Assembly: GCA_965261085.1 (NCBI GenBank)
Contig: OZ253442.1
Coordinates: forward strand, 4,096,001-4,160,000
DNA length: 64,000 nt
Direction of reading: 5' to 3'
Source of the DNA: a bacterium
Lineage (GTDB): Bacteria; UBA8248
Shown here piece by piece: positions 10,432-20,451 of this stretch. Made by a program: the position numbers and the translations under genes. Each line of letters starts with the position of its first letter. The stretch's first letter is position 1. The notes below the pieces were generated by a model. That model saw only the letters and a list, made by a program, of their open reading frames with translations, did not search any database and was not told the DNA's origin.

Positions 10432-11883
10432 TTACATAGGCTTGTCCATCTTCGGCATCATCGCCTTGTAGAAGGGGATCTCCTTCCTGAGCTTGCGCTT
10501 GCCGACCTTGCGAACGATCTTGGTCCACTCTTTCTGGATGTCGCCCATGACCTTCTTGGCGCCCTTCTTGCGGCCCGCGTAGGCCTCGGAGAGGTTGCGG
10601 TCCACGACTTCCTTGAACTCCTGGTAGCCGGTCACGTACGGCGGCGGCGCGGTGACGAGGAGGTTCTGCTCCACTGCCTTGATTCCCTCCTTGGAGTAGA
10701 CCTTCGTCACCTTCGGGTCGGTCATGTGTTTGGGATGCCAGGGGTCGTGGAAGGTGAAAATTGGATGACCGACCACCTCGGCGCTGTTCTTGTAGGTGCT
10801 CATGTACATGGCCCATGCGACGGCCTGCTTCTTGCGCGGGCTGTGCCGGTTGATGACCATGCCCATCACCGGCGCGGAGAAGGCGCGGTGGATTTGCTTG
10901 CCGGAGAACTTCGAGCCCGGCACCAGGCCGTAGCGCCACTTGCCCCTGGTCTTCGTGCCCGCCGTCGGGCTCTCGATGGCCGCGATAATCCCGTCCCAGT
11001 ACTGGCAGGAGAACATCTCGCCGTTGCGGATGCGGGGGATCATCTGCGGCGAACCCCAGGCGCCCGCCTCGGGGTGGGAGACCTGCTTGCGCGCCAGCCA
11101 GGTGTCGAAGGCGTACTCGGCCGCAGGCGTGTTCAGCGTGGGGTTGGCGTCGTCGTCGAACGGGAAGCCGCCCGCGCTGTAGAGATACATCCAGTACCAG
11201 AAACTGCTGTTCGCCTTATCGCGCAGTCCGCCGAAGCCGTAGAGTCCCTTGTCGGGCCTGTGGAAGAACTTCATCATCTCGAGTTCGTCTTCCCAGGTGA
11301 CCGGCCACTTGAGGGGCTTGCCGTGCTTGTCGGCGAAGGCCTTGCGCTCGTCGGGATTGTCGAAGTAATCCTTGCGGATGAACTGCGGGCAGACGTTGCC
11401 GTCCGTGGGCATGGCGTAGGTCTTGCCCTGATACTGCATGAAGCTCTCGAAGTTGCCCACCATCTGGAGGTCGAAGCCCGCGTCTTTCATGTAGCCGTCG
11501 AGGGGCTCGATCATTCCCGCGGCCACGAGGGAGGGAATCATCATGGACTCGACGTGAAAGATGTCGAACGTGCCCGAGCGCGTGATGGCCTCGGCCATGG
11601 CCCGCTGGGGAATCTGCAGGTTGGGAACGTCGCTGATCTTGTCCATGGAGATGCCGGTGGCTTTGTTGAACTCGCGATTGAGGTCGGGGTAGTTGCGCCA
11701 GTACAGGCCCCACATCATTCCGTTCAGCTTGGCGCCGCCCAGCTTCTTCGCCGCTTTGATGACGGCGTCCTCCTCGGGCCCGGCATAGGCTTTACCGGCG
11801 CCGCCGAGAACGGCGGGACCCGCCACGGCGGTGGCCAGACCGGCCTTGAGGAGGCTTCTTCTTTTGATCTGTTTCTCGCTCAT
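10432..11883 (-). CDS. Extracellular solute-binding protein with Tat signal
   Basis: KRRSLLK twin-arginine signal, SBP family 1 character, RBS GGAGG, first gene of the ABC operon. Confidence 0.9.
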   Translation of the reverse strand: MSEKQIKRRSLLKAGLATAVAGPAVLGGAGKAYAGPEEDAVIKAAKKLGGAKLNGMMWGLYWRNYPDLNREFNKATGISMDKISDVPNLQIPQRAMAEAITRSGTFDIFHVESMMIPSLVAAGMIEPLDGYMKDAGFDLQMVGNFESFMQYQGKTYAMPTDGNVCPQFIRKDYFDNPDERKAFADKHGKPLKWPVTWEDELEMMKFFHRPDKGLYGFGGLRDKANSSFWYWMYLYSAGGFPFDDDANPTLNTPAAEYAFDTWLARKQVSHPEAGAWGSPQMIPRIRNGEMFSCQYWDGIIAAIESPTAGTKTRGKWRYGLVPGSKFSGKQIHRAFSAPVMGMVINRHSPRKKQAVAWAMYMSTYKNSAEVVGHPIFTFHDPWHPKHMTDPKVTKVYSKEGIKAVEQNLLVTAPPPYVTGYQEFKEVVDRNLSEAYAGRKKGAKKVMGDIQKEWTKIVRKVGKRKLRKEIPFYKAMMPKMDKPM

Positions 11884-12204
11884 CTGGGTGTTCCTCCTTC
11901 ACTTGGGTGTGGACCGAGAGAGCGAAAGGAAATCCGCCTCGTGCGTCCATCTCGCGATGGAACGCCGGCCTGCGGATGGATGAACCCGCCTCTCGGCCCG
12001 TATATGCAACTCATAATGCCTTGGTGATAGGTCATTGTATGGAAGCGGTTATTTTTGTCAACAGGCGCAACGAGGCGATCTTCCGAGATTTATGGGCCGC
12101 CCACGGAAAGCCATCCAAAAGGCGGCAGCGAGGGGAAACAGATAAAAAAAACGCCCTCCCCGGCGCGCGGCGGCGCACTGGAGAGGGCGGTCGAAACCCG
12201 TTTT

Positions 12205-12720
12205 CTAGTTCCCGCTCGCCTCCGCCGCCTCGAGTTCCGCCATCTTCCGCAGGGCCACCTTGTCCCTCAACAGAAACACCGGACAGGGCGCGCGCCGGAG
12301 CACCTGCTCGGAGACGCTCCCGATCAAAAAGCGGCTCACCATGTTGTGGCCGTGCGTGCCCATGACGAGAAGGTCGAAATTCCCCGTCTCGGCGAATTGC
12401 ACGATCTCCTTCATCGGCTCGCCGAAAACGACCAGGGTCTCGATGGGCACGCTCGATTCGATCTGTTTCACCATGACGTCCAGATTGCTCTGTAATTCGA
12501 CGCGCGAATCCTCGAGCAGACGGCTCGGGGAAATGGTGCCGACGAGTTCCGCGCCATAGCCACCGTATTTGGCCGCATAGTCGGGGTTTCTGGCCACATG
12601 AATGGCCATGACTTCCGCGTTGCGATTCTCCCCGATCTCCGCCGCGACCTTCAGGACGCCCCTGCTGAGATCGGAGAAATCTACGGCAGCCAGTATTTTC
12701 TTGGGATCGTATATTCGCAT
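12205..12720 (-). CDS. Universal stress protein
   Basis: KILAAVDFS, LLVMGTHG, GSVSEQVLRRAPCPV motifs. Confidence 0.95.
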   Translation of the reverse strand: MRIYDPKKILAAVDFSDLSRGVLKVAAEIGENRNAEVMAIHVARNPDYAAKYGGYGAELVGTISPSRLLEDSRVELQSNLDVMVKQIESSVPIETLVVFGEPMKEIVQFAETGNFDLLVMGTHGHNMVSRFLIGSVSEQVLRRAPCPVFLLRDKVALRKMAELEAAEASGN

Positions 12721-12772
12721 GGCCCTTCCCTCCTCGTATGAAGAAATGCGATGTGACCGTCTGCATCCCCAA

Positions 12773-12803
12773 TAAAAAGCGGAGTCTCCGGAGGCCCCGC
12801 TTT
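12773..12803. terminator. Hairpin with A-tract flank, possible intrinsic terminator for the minus-strand 13027-14010 gene
   Basis: aaaaagcggagtctccggaggccccgcttt imperfect stem. Confidence 0.4.
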
Positions 12804-13026
12804 CAAGGATCGTTCTTGATTTCCCGCCTGCGCCTCACTTCGCCTGGCGGAGGCCTGCCGAATGCCTTGCGCCGGCTATCTTTCTTTTGTCATCCCCGAG
12901 AGGCCGGCGCATCGCTCCGGGGGACTAGACTTTCTCACTGTATCGACCCCCTATGGTCTGATTCAAATATAGGCCCTCGCGCGCCATCTTTCAAGGAAAT
13001 TCCGCGCGCAGGCGGCCCTGAGCGCC

Positions 13027-14010
13027 TTAGTCGATTTCCACCACCACGTTTCCGACGTTCGCGAAATTCTCCATCATCTCATGGGCGGCGGCGGTGTCTT
13101 CCAGGGAAAAACGCGCGCCGATGTGGTGGGTGAGCGCCCCCGCCTCGCACGCGGCGTTGATGTCGCTGCAGGCCTGGGAGAAGGCGGAATCCGGCATGGT
13201 GTAGAGGAACACCATGCGGATGGCCGTGTTCTCGGGCATCATCTGGTACCAGGGCAGCACCGGCTCGGGCGCCCGCGTGGATCCGTAGGCCGCGACGGTT
13301 CCGTTTCCCTTGAGCACCTTGCGTGTGACGTCTAAGTTCTCGCCGAAATCCACCTCGCAGATCCTGTCCACGCCCGCCCCATTGGTTATCTCCATGATGC
13401 GCGCAGCGGCGTCTCCTTCCCGGTAGTTCACGACGTGGTCCGCACCCGCATCGCGCGCGATCCGCGCTTTTTCCTCACCGCTGACCGTGGCTATGACGGT
13501 CGCCCCGCCCCACTTGCCGAGCTGAACGCCGTAGCGCCCCACCGCGCCCGCCCCGCCGGTGACGAGCGCGGTCTGCCCCGCAATCGGCCCGTCGATAAAG
13601 AGCGCCCGGTGGGCGGTCATCGCCGGAATCGCCAGGCACGCGCCCTGGGCGAAATCCACCGAGTCGGCCAGTGGCACCGCCTGCCGCTCGGGCAGGACGA
13701 TGAAATCGGCCGCCGTGCCGTAGGCCCTTTGCCACTGGCCGTTGAACAGCCAGACGCGCTCGCCCACGCGGGCTGCGTCCACACCCTCGCCCACGCTCTC
13801 GATGACGCCTGCGCCGTCTGAATGGGGGATGATTCTCGCCCAGCGCATCTCGCCGCGAGAACCCAGCCGCGCCTTGTAGTCCGAAGGATTCGCGCCCGAG
13901 GCGTGGAGTTTCACACGCACCTCGCCCGCCCCTGGCTCGGGGGTATCGAGTTCTCCGAATTTCAGCACCTCTTTCGCCGGGCCATACGCTTCATACCAGA
14001 CGGCTCGCAT
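13027..14010 (-). CDS. NADPH:quinone reductase (MDR/zeta-crystallin family)
   Basis: GANPSDYK, IPHSDGAG, TGGAGAVG motifs. Confidence 0.92.
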   Translation of the reverse strand: MRAVWYEAYGPAKEVLKFGELDTPEPGAGEVRVKLHASGANPSDYKARLGSRGEMRWARIIPHSDGAGVIESVGEGVDAARVGERVWLFNGQWQRAYGTAADFIVLPERQAVPLADSVDFAQGACLAIPAMTAHRALFIDGPIAGQTALVTGGAGAVGRYGVQLGKWGGATVIATVSGEEKARIARDAGADHVVNYREGDAAARIMEITNGAGVDRICEVDFGENLDVTRKVLKGNGTVAAYGSTRAPEPVLPWYQMMPENTAIRMVFLYTMPDSAFSQACSDINAACEAGALTHHIGARFSLEDTAAAHEMMENFANVGNVVVEID

Positions 14011-14090
14011 GATCTCTCCTTCAATTGGTCTCGTTGCTGGGGAAAAAAGGAAACTCCAACTATCTCTTCAACACGCCACCACAAAGCGCC

Positions 14091-15209
14091 TCAAGCAGCG
14101 GCCCGCTCGCGCTCTATCAGTTCCTTAATAAGAGGGATGAGGCCGCGCGCGGCGCGGTGGCATTCCTCCACGTGGGGATAGCCCGAGAGGATGAACTCAT
14201 CGATGCCCAGCCGCCAGTAGCCGAGAAGTTCTTCCGCGATTTGCCCGGGCGTTCCCACGAGGGCGGAGCCGCAGTTCACCCGCACCTGGGAGATGCCGTT
14301 CCACAAGCGAGGCCCCACCCGGAAATCATCGAAAGCGCGCGCCTGGGCGGCGGCGCCCACCATGCTCGTGCCGGCCACCAGCGCGCCGCGCTGCGCCTTC
14401 ACGGAACCCTCCGCTCTGCTCAAAAGCTCATGCGTCTCCTGCCAGGCTTTCGCCTCGGTGTCGCGCATCACCAGATGGGAACGCACCCCGAAGACGGGTG
14501 TACGCCCCGCCTCGGCGAAAGAAGCCCGCGCGCGTTCTAAATGCTTTCTGGTCTCCTCCACCGGCCCTATCCAGCCCAGATAAACGTCCGACTGCGTCCC
14601 TGCCAGCTTAAGAGCAGCGGGGGATGCGCCTCCCAGATAGAACTTGGGCGTCTCTCCCGCCGGGCCGGGCGAGCAATGCACGTCATTTAATGTGACGAAT
14701 TTTCCTTCAAAACTCACTGGTTCCGGCTTCTCCCAGAGCTTGCGAATGGCGGCAATAAACTCCTCCGCCCGCTCATAGCGCGAATCGTGGTCGATTCTCT
14801 CCCCCATTTTTTCGAACTCGCCCTTGATGCCGCCGGGCACGACGTTCAAATCCACGCGCCCGCCGGTTATCTGGCTGAGCGTGGCCGCCATCTGCGCGAA
14901 AAGACCCGGGTTCACGAACCCGGGGCGCACGGCGATCAGGAAGCGGATTTTCCGGCTTTGCGCCGCCAGGGCCGTCACCATCGTCCAGGTCTCCGCCAGC
15001 GGCGCTCCCTGGTCGAATAGCCCGTTGGCGAAGCGCGTGGGAATGAGCATGGAGTAGAAGTCGTTCTCCTCCGCCGCCTTGACCACCTCGCTTAAGTATT
15101 CATACGTGGGCGGGCGTTCGGCCCGCAGCGTGCCGATGTGCTCACCATCGCCGTCGATCGGAATAAACCAGTCGAAGCGGGGCGGGGGGCGCTCGTGATT
15201 TGGCGTCAT
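14091..15209 (-). CDS. LLM-class flavin-dependent monooxygenase (SsuD/MsuD-like)
   Basis: WFIPIDGDG, FLIAVRPG, ALVGTP, FILSGYPHVEE motifs. Confidence 0.88.
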   Translation of the reverse strand: MTPNHERPPPRFDWFIPIDGDGEHIGTLRAERPPTYEYLSEVVKAAEENDFYSMLIPTRFANGLFDQGAPLAETWTMVTALAAQSRKIRFLIAVRPGFVNPGLFAQMAATLSQITGGRVDLNVVPGGIKGEFEKMGERIDHDSRYERAEEFIAAIRKLWEKPEPVSFEGKFVTLNDVHCSPGPAGETPKFYLGGASPAALKLAGTQSDVYLGWIGPVEETRKHLERARASFAEAGRTPVFGVRSHLVMRDTEAKAWQETHELLSRAEGSVKAQRGALVAGTSMVGAAAQARAFDDFRVGPRLWNGISQVRVNCGSALVGTPGQIAEELLGYWRLGIDEFILSGYPHVEECHRAARGLIPLIKELIERERAAA

Positions 15210-15355
15210 GCGGAAACTCCCATGCGGGTTCAGTATCAAATTTCGGCGATTCTAGTACAGATGCGGAGGGCGTGAAAGTGACGAAACATCCGCGCAACCA
15301 ACCCGCTTCGTCGTCCTGTGACCCTTTGACACGGGAACCAGGGTTTCATGATCTT

Positions 15356-15383
15356 GCAGGGGCGGTTCGCGAACCGCCCCTAC
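15356..15383. repeat. GTAG-type REP-like palindrome
   Basis: gcaggggcggttcgcgaaccgcccctac, a near-perfect palindrome with CTAC end, intergenic. Confidence 0.7.
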
Positions 15384-15551
15384 GGAATGGATCCTCCTCA
15401 GCGCGTCCGGCAACCTCCCGGCCGCCACCGGTCTTCGCCGGAATGAGAGAGAAGTGGTTTTATATACGTTTTTGACTTCTAGGTCCAAAAACGCTAGTTT
15501 GCTTGTAGAGGACCCGTACTCTTTTATTCTCACCAGGGACGGGACAGTGTA

Positions 15552-16001
15552 ATGCGAAAAATCATCGGTCATCTAAAAGAACACTCCGGAATATGGACTT
15601 TCGGGATATTCATCGTCGCGGCGGCGGGCGGAATTTACCAGTTTACGGAAACTCTGGTCAGCGCCCAGATCACGCCCGTAAAGGTTCGCGTCGACGCGGA
15701 AGTCAAAAGGCTCGATGCGGCGGATCAGAACACGAACAGCTCCATCAACGGTCTCAAGAAGCACATGAACGAGCGTTTCGATGAGTTAAAGAAAGATATA
15801 AGACTCAACAGGGAAAGAATAAGCCTTTTGGATCAGACAATTAACCGTTTGGATGAGAAACTCGACAGGAAAATAGAACTGCTGGATCAGAAAATAAGCC
15901 GCTTGGATGAGAAGATGGACAGGAAAATAACTCTTCTGGATCAGAAACTCGACAAGAAATTCGACCTCATCCTGCTGAGGCTCCCCCCACTCAAAAAATA
16001 G
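15552..16001 (+). CDS. Membrane-anchored coiled-coil protein with 18-aa tandem repeats
   Basis: N-terminal TM, then LLDQTINRLDEKLDRKIE / LLDQKISRLDEKMDRKIT / LLDQKLDKKFD; AT-richer than flanks. Confidence 0.75.
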   Translation: MRKIIGHLKEHSGIWTFGIFIVAAAGGIYQFTETLVSAQITPVKVRVDAEVKRLDAADQNTNSSINGLKKHMNERFDELKKDIRLNRERISLLDQTINRLDEKLDRKIELLDQKISRLDEKMDRKITLLDQKLDKKFDLILLRLPPLKK

Positions 16002-16071
16002 TTTTTCAGGTCCCGGTCAATGGGCGTATGGAGTTTCATACGCTCTCGCCGGGAGAACGGCGGGGAATCTC

Positions 16072-16704
16072 TCACGAGAGGGTTTCGCTCAAGGCCGCCA
16101 GTTCATCGAGCGCCTCTTTGGCGAAACGATCCTGAAAGACGGCCTCGGCCCCCGGCCCCACATAGACGGCGCAGAGCGCACCCCGCTCACAAAGCATGAT
16201 CGTGGTGAGAGGCCGCAGGACGATGGCGCCTATGGTTTCGTGCACGTCGGGCCGGTTAATCCATTTGCGAAAGGAGGCCTCACGGTCCGCCGCCAGGGTG
16301 AGTTCCGAATCCCAGAGCGGATCGCCCGATGTGACGCCTTGAAGATTCGCGCCCTCGTCCAGATTCTCGAGGAAGGCGCGCTCGGGGGGCTTGAGGCTCT
16401 CTTCTTTCTTGTGGATCCTGAACGAAAGAGAAGCTGGGCAGGCGACCCCGATCCGCATCGTGGTGGGACTGCCTCGACCATGCGCGCGATACTCGAACCA
16501 CACGCTCTTGCCCGAATACCTGCCCGTCAGGCGTCCGCCTTCGAGGTTGGCCGTGCCAGCATCCAGAATTTCGACCAGCGGCTTCATGCGGCGGGTCAGC
16601 CACACGTCGCGAAAGAAAACGTAGTAGACGACCGCCCCGAGAACCACCGCCAGGGCGAGCAGGCTCGGCCCGTCCAAATACAGATCCGAAAACGACAAAC
16701 CCAT
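16072..16704 (-). CDS. Hypothetical protein with N-terminal TM anchor
   Basis: Single hydrophobic helix followed by a globular domain; host-like codon usage. Confidence 0.65.
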   Translation of the reverse strand: MGLSFSDLYLDGPSLLALAVVLGAVVYYVFFRDVWLTRRMKPLVEILDAGTANLEGGRLTGRYSGKSVWFEYRAHGRGSPTTMRIGVACPASLSFRIHKKEESLKPPERAFLENLDEGANLQGVTSGDPLWDSELTLAADREASFRKWINRPDVHETIGAIVLRPLTTIMLCERGALCAVYVGPGAEAVFQDRFAKEALDELAALSETLS

Positions 16705-16947
16705 CGGCTCAAAACCTTTCGGTGAACCATCTCACAAGTTCGCAAGCCATTTTTGCGAAACAAACGCCCCATATCCGCCTGGATTCAGGCATTCGCCGGA
16801 ATGACGGCAAAAACCCATTACGCCAACGTTTCTCTGATCACCAACAGTCCATCCAAATTTTTCAGTATGTGGAATCCTAATTTATAATGCGTCAGTATTT
16901 CCATTGTGCTAAATACTGAACTGGCAAAAAGCTATAAGAGGGTTCAA

Positions 16948-17535
16948 ATGCAACAGCAAGTTAGTGATCACAAGAAGTTGCCGACGAATTGGCCAACACA
17001 TAAAGGTTCTGCGGCATTCTGGGAAGAGTTGGGAAGAGCGGTGGCCTGCTTCGGGTTTTTGGAAGACACTCTCACAAGAACTTATTTCGCACTCACAGCA
17101 ACTCGTAGATACAAGTGTCCAGAAGAAGTAGAAAAAAGGTTTGAGAAGTGGAAGATACCACTTGAACTGTCCATAACCGACAGTCTAGGCAGCCTTGCCA
17201 TTAAAATCGATGAAGCATTCAAGGATGACGACCGTATTTCTGAGGAAACAAGAAAAATCGTCGTCGAGCAATTGAATGAAGTGCGAGTTTGGCGCAATGC
17301 CCTTTGCCATGGCACGTGGGATAGCTTCGCCGAGAATGGCGATTCCGCGCACTTGAGATTTTTCCGCAAAACTCAAGATGGCCCCGAACAACTTAGCAAT
17401 AAACATCTTCAACGGTTAGAAATCACACAAATACGTCGTGCAACCGCCGAGGCCACCTCATATCTGATAAACATCGTAACATCCAACGGATTGCAATTTC
17501 CCGGTTCCACATCACCGGGCAGGACAATCCTCTAA
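16948..17535 (+). CDS. AT-richer helical hypothetical protein with HEPN-like RxxxxH motif
   Basis: WRNALCHG motif; gaggg RBS before ATG 16948; composition differs from neighbours. Confidence 0.65.
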   Translation: MQQQVSDHKKLPTNWPTHKGSAAFWEELGRAVACFGFLEDTLTRTYFALTATRRYKCPEEVEKRFEKWKIPLELSITDSLGSLAIKIDEAFKDDDRISEETRKIVVEQLNEVRVWRNALCHGTWDSFAENGDSAHLRFFRKTQDGPEQLSNKHLQRLEITQIRRATAEATSYLINIVTSNGLQFPGSTSPGRTIL

Positions 17536-18042
17536 TCAATCCTTTCCCCCCTCCTGCGCATCCCGCCAGGCGGGGCGGCTGCCGGGGAACATGTCCGAAT
17601 CGTGAAATACCTCGATGCGGTTGCCGTCTGGGTCCAGAAAATAGATGCCCTCGTGCCCGCCCCACAGACCGTTACTCTCATCTAAACGCAAGGGACCCCA
17701 GACGACCTCGATGTCCTCTCGCGAGCGAATGTAGGCCACCGCGTCGTCGAACGCCGCCTGATCGGCCACCTCGAACGCCAGGTGGTGGAGCCCTACATCG
17801 TGGCGCGGCACGGTGTCCTCGCCTTCAGAGTCCACCCAGCCCTCGGGTACGCTGAATATCGCCAGTTGGTGGTGGTAGTCGTCCAGGTACATGAACACCG
17901 AGCCGAACGGAGCCGCCGGGTGACTGCCCGCCTCGTGGCGCGAGCGCAGCTTGAAGCCCAGGACTTCGGAATAGAATTTTATCGCGCGATCCAGGTCGCG
18001 CACCTTGATGCCCATATGCTGCAAGCGGATGGAGCGAATCAT
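17536..18042 (-). CDS. VOC/glyoxalase family protein
   Basis: HMGIKVRDLDRAIKFY, GLHHLAFEV, YFLDPDGNRIE; RBS ggagg; start re-called at ATG 18042. Confidence 0.92.
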   Translation of the reverse strand: MIRSIRLQHMGIKVRDLDRAIKFYSEVLGFKLRSRHEAGSHPAAPFGSVFMYLDDYHHQLAIFSVPEGWVDSEGEDTVPRHDVGLHHLAFEVADQAAFDDAVAYIRSREDIEVVWGPLRLDESNGLWGGHEGIYFLDPDGNRIEVFHDSDMFPGSRPAWRDAQEGGKD

Positions 18043-18140
18043 CAAAGGCCTCCTGAGGGTATGATAACGAATGGGAGCGAAACCGCCCCAGGCATCCTGA
18101 TTTGCGGCGGTTCTGCGGTGCTGCGTCATGGGGCGAGGAT

Positions 18141-18174
18141 ACGCCGTTCGCCCGTGAAAGTCATGGCGTTTGGC
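18141..18174 (+). repeat. 34-bp direct repeat, copy 1
   Basis: acgccgttcgcccgtgaaagtcatggcgtttggc; one mismatch to 19446-19479. Confidence 0.85.
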
Positions 18175-18338
18175 GAATTGAACGGGGCTGATGCGACGTC
18201 GGTTCGCTTCCACCCCGGCCCACGAGAACAACCCCGCCATCGACTTGACGGAGCATGGCGAGGCAGGATAAGGCTCGAGAACGTAAACGCGCCGACCTCA
18301 CCCTCAATCCGAACTCAAGCTGTAAGGAGATACAACTT

Positions 18339-19361
18339 ATGCAGATCGGCCTCCGCATCGGACCCCAGAACGAATTCACGCCGATCCCGGAATATCTGAA
18401 ATTCGTGAAACGCGCAGAAGCGCTCGGCTTCGACCCGCTGCTGTTCTCCGACACGGTTTCCCTGTCGCACTTCCACCTGCGTGATCCCTTCGTCGTCATG
18501 GCGCTTGCCGCCGGGGCAACCGAGCGCGCCGGGATTGGAACCGGCGTTACCGTACCCTTTATCCGGCATCCGGCGGTCGTCGCCAATGCGTTCGGGTCGA
18601 TCGATGACGCGATCGCCCCGCGGCGTACTTTCCTCGGCATCGGCTCCGGCGATACGGCGGTATACCTGCTCGGCAAGCGCGCCGCCCGTCTGGCGGAAAT
18701 GCGGGAATACCTTTCCGTAATTCGGGGGTTGCTCAACGGCGAGCCCGTAACCTACGAGGGTGCGCAAATGCGGTCCAACTGGCGCAAGCCGCACGTGCCG
18801 ATTTGCCTCGCCGCCGACGGACCGAAGATGCTGGCCATCGCCGGAGAACTGACTGATGCGGTCATTCTCGGCGCGGGCGCGACGCCTGAGGTAATCGAGT
18901 GGGCGCAGGGCTGCATCGCGGAGGGTGAGGCGCGAGCCGGCCGCAAAGCCGGCCACGTGCCGATCTGGTTCGATTTCATCGTCAGCGTCGGCGAAGACCG
19001 CGACGCGGTTCGCCGGGCGATTCGGGCGCGCCTCTGCAACCGGGCCAATCATAATTTTCGCATGGGCTACCACGCGGTGCCGGAAGAGCACCTTCCGGGC
19101 GTGCAGGCCTTTCGTGAGAATTATGACGAGAGCGATGTAGGCCACAAGACAAAAAACGCAAGCCTCATCACCGATTACATGGTGGACCGCTTCGCCGTCG
19201 TCGGCACGCGGAAAGATGTCGTCGCCCGCTTCGAAACACTGCACGAGACAGGAGTGGAGAAGGTCATCGTGGCCATGCCTTTCCGGCTCGAAGAACGCTA
19301 CGAAATTATCGAAACCCTGGCCCGTGAAGTCATGCCCCGTTTCGCGGAAACAGGCGTATAA
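18339..19361 (+). CDS. LLM-class oxidoreductase, Mer-like, probably F420-dependent
   Basis: GTGVTVPFIRHPAVVA, LGIGSGD, AADGPKML motifs; aaggag RBS before ATG 18339. Confidence 0.85.
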   Translation: MQIGLRIGPQNEFTPIPEYLKFVKRAEALGFDPLLFSDTVSLSHFHLRDPFVVMALAAGATERAGIGTGVTVPFIRHPAVVANAFGSIDDAIAPRRTFLGIGSGDTAVYLLGKRAARLAEMREYLSVIRGLLNGEPVTYEGAQMRSNWRKPHVPICLAADGPKMLAIAGELTDAVILGAGATPEVIEWAQGCIAEGEARAGRKAGHVPIWFDFIVSVGEDRDAVRRAIRARLCNRANHNFRMGYHAVPEEHLPGVQAFRENYDESDVGHKTKNASLITDYMVDRFAVVGTRKDVVARFETLHETGVEKVIVAMPFRLEERYEIIETLAREVMPRFAETGV

Positions 19362-19445
19362 GACCGCAGCGCAAGACCAAAAAGAACACAGGATATAATA
19401 ACCGGCGACAACCCCCCTGCAAGGTCGCGTTATGCAAACGGGAAC

Positions 19446-19479
19446 ACGCCGTTTGCCCGTGAAAGTCATGGCGTTTGGC
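19446..19479 (+). repeat. 34-bp direct repeat, copy 2
   Basis: acgccgtttgcccgtgaaagtcatggcgtttggc. Confidence 0.85.
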
Positions 19480-19608
19480 CGCCCACACATAGCCGATCCC
19501 CCGCTGCGCTTGCCGAGACAGCGCAAGTGGAGTATTTCATGGGCACAAGAACCCATATCGCTCGATTCCACTATTTCCGTTGTTTTTCCTCGAATGGAGG
19601 TCTTCCCC

Positions 19609-20394
19609 TTGGCCATCATCACGAACGAGACGAAAAGAAAATCCTACGCCGGAGAAGTCACCCTCGGAGTGGGCGTACGCATGGCGCGAACGGTGGAGGT
19701 CGGACTCGCCATGAAGGCGGCCGGCTTCGACTGGCTCTTCATCGATCTCGAACACGGTCCCTTCGACCTCGAAACCGCGCAGCAGATATCCATCGCCGCC
19801 CTGACGCAAGGCATCACGCCGCTCGTGCGCGTGGCCTCGCTCGACGGACACCTGAGCACACGCATTCTGGACAGCGGGGCGCAGGGCATCGTCCTGCCCC
19901 ACGTGAACAACGCGCAAGAGGCCGAGGAATTCGTGAAAATCTGCAAATTCCCGCCCGAGGGCGACCGTAGCGCGGGCGGGGGGCTGGCCCACGGCCGCTT
20001 CGAGGCCATCGGCGCAGCCGAGACGCTGAGCGGCATCAACGACGAGACGCTGCTGGTCGCCATGATCGAGACGCCGGAAGCAGGCGATGAGGCGGACGCC
20101 ATCGCCGCCGTGGAGGGAATCGACGTGCTGCTGATCGGCACGAACGATTTGAGCACGGGCATGGGCATCGTCGGCCAGCACGACCACCCCCGCGTCAACA
20201 AGGTGTATGACCAGGTGAACGCCGCGTGTCAGAAACACGGCAAGATAGCGGGCATGGGCGGGTCCTATGATCCCCAGATGATAGAGCGCAGAATCAAGGA
20301 AGGGATGCGCTTCATCCTCTCGGGCAGCGACCTCAACTTCATGATCACCGGCGCCAAGGCCCAGGCGAGCATGATTCGCGAACTCGCAGGCTGA
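19609..20394 (+). CDS. HpcH/HpaI aldolase family protein
   Basis: GFDWLFIDLEHG, MIETPEA, LIGTNDLS; TTG start after ggagg. Confidence 0.92.
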   Translation: MAIITNETKRKSYAGEVTLGVGVRMARTVEVGLAMKAAGFDWLFIDLEHGPFDLETAQQISIAALTQGITPLVRVASLDGHLSTRILDSGAQGIVLPHVNNAQEAEEFVKICKFPPEGDRSAGGGLAHGRFEAIGAAETLSGINDETLLVAMIETPEAGDEADAIAAVEGIDVLLIGTNDLSTGMGIVGQHDHPRVNKVYDQVNAACQKHGKIAGMGGSYDPQMIERRIKEGMRFILSGSDLNFMITGAKAQASMIRELAG

Positions 20395-20451
20395 GTTTCC
20401 CGCTCAAATTCCAATTTCCATTCGCGCTTTTCGTGGAAACGAGGAGAGAAA

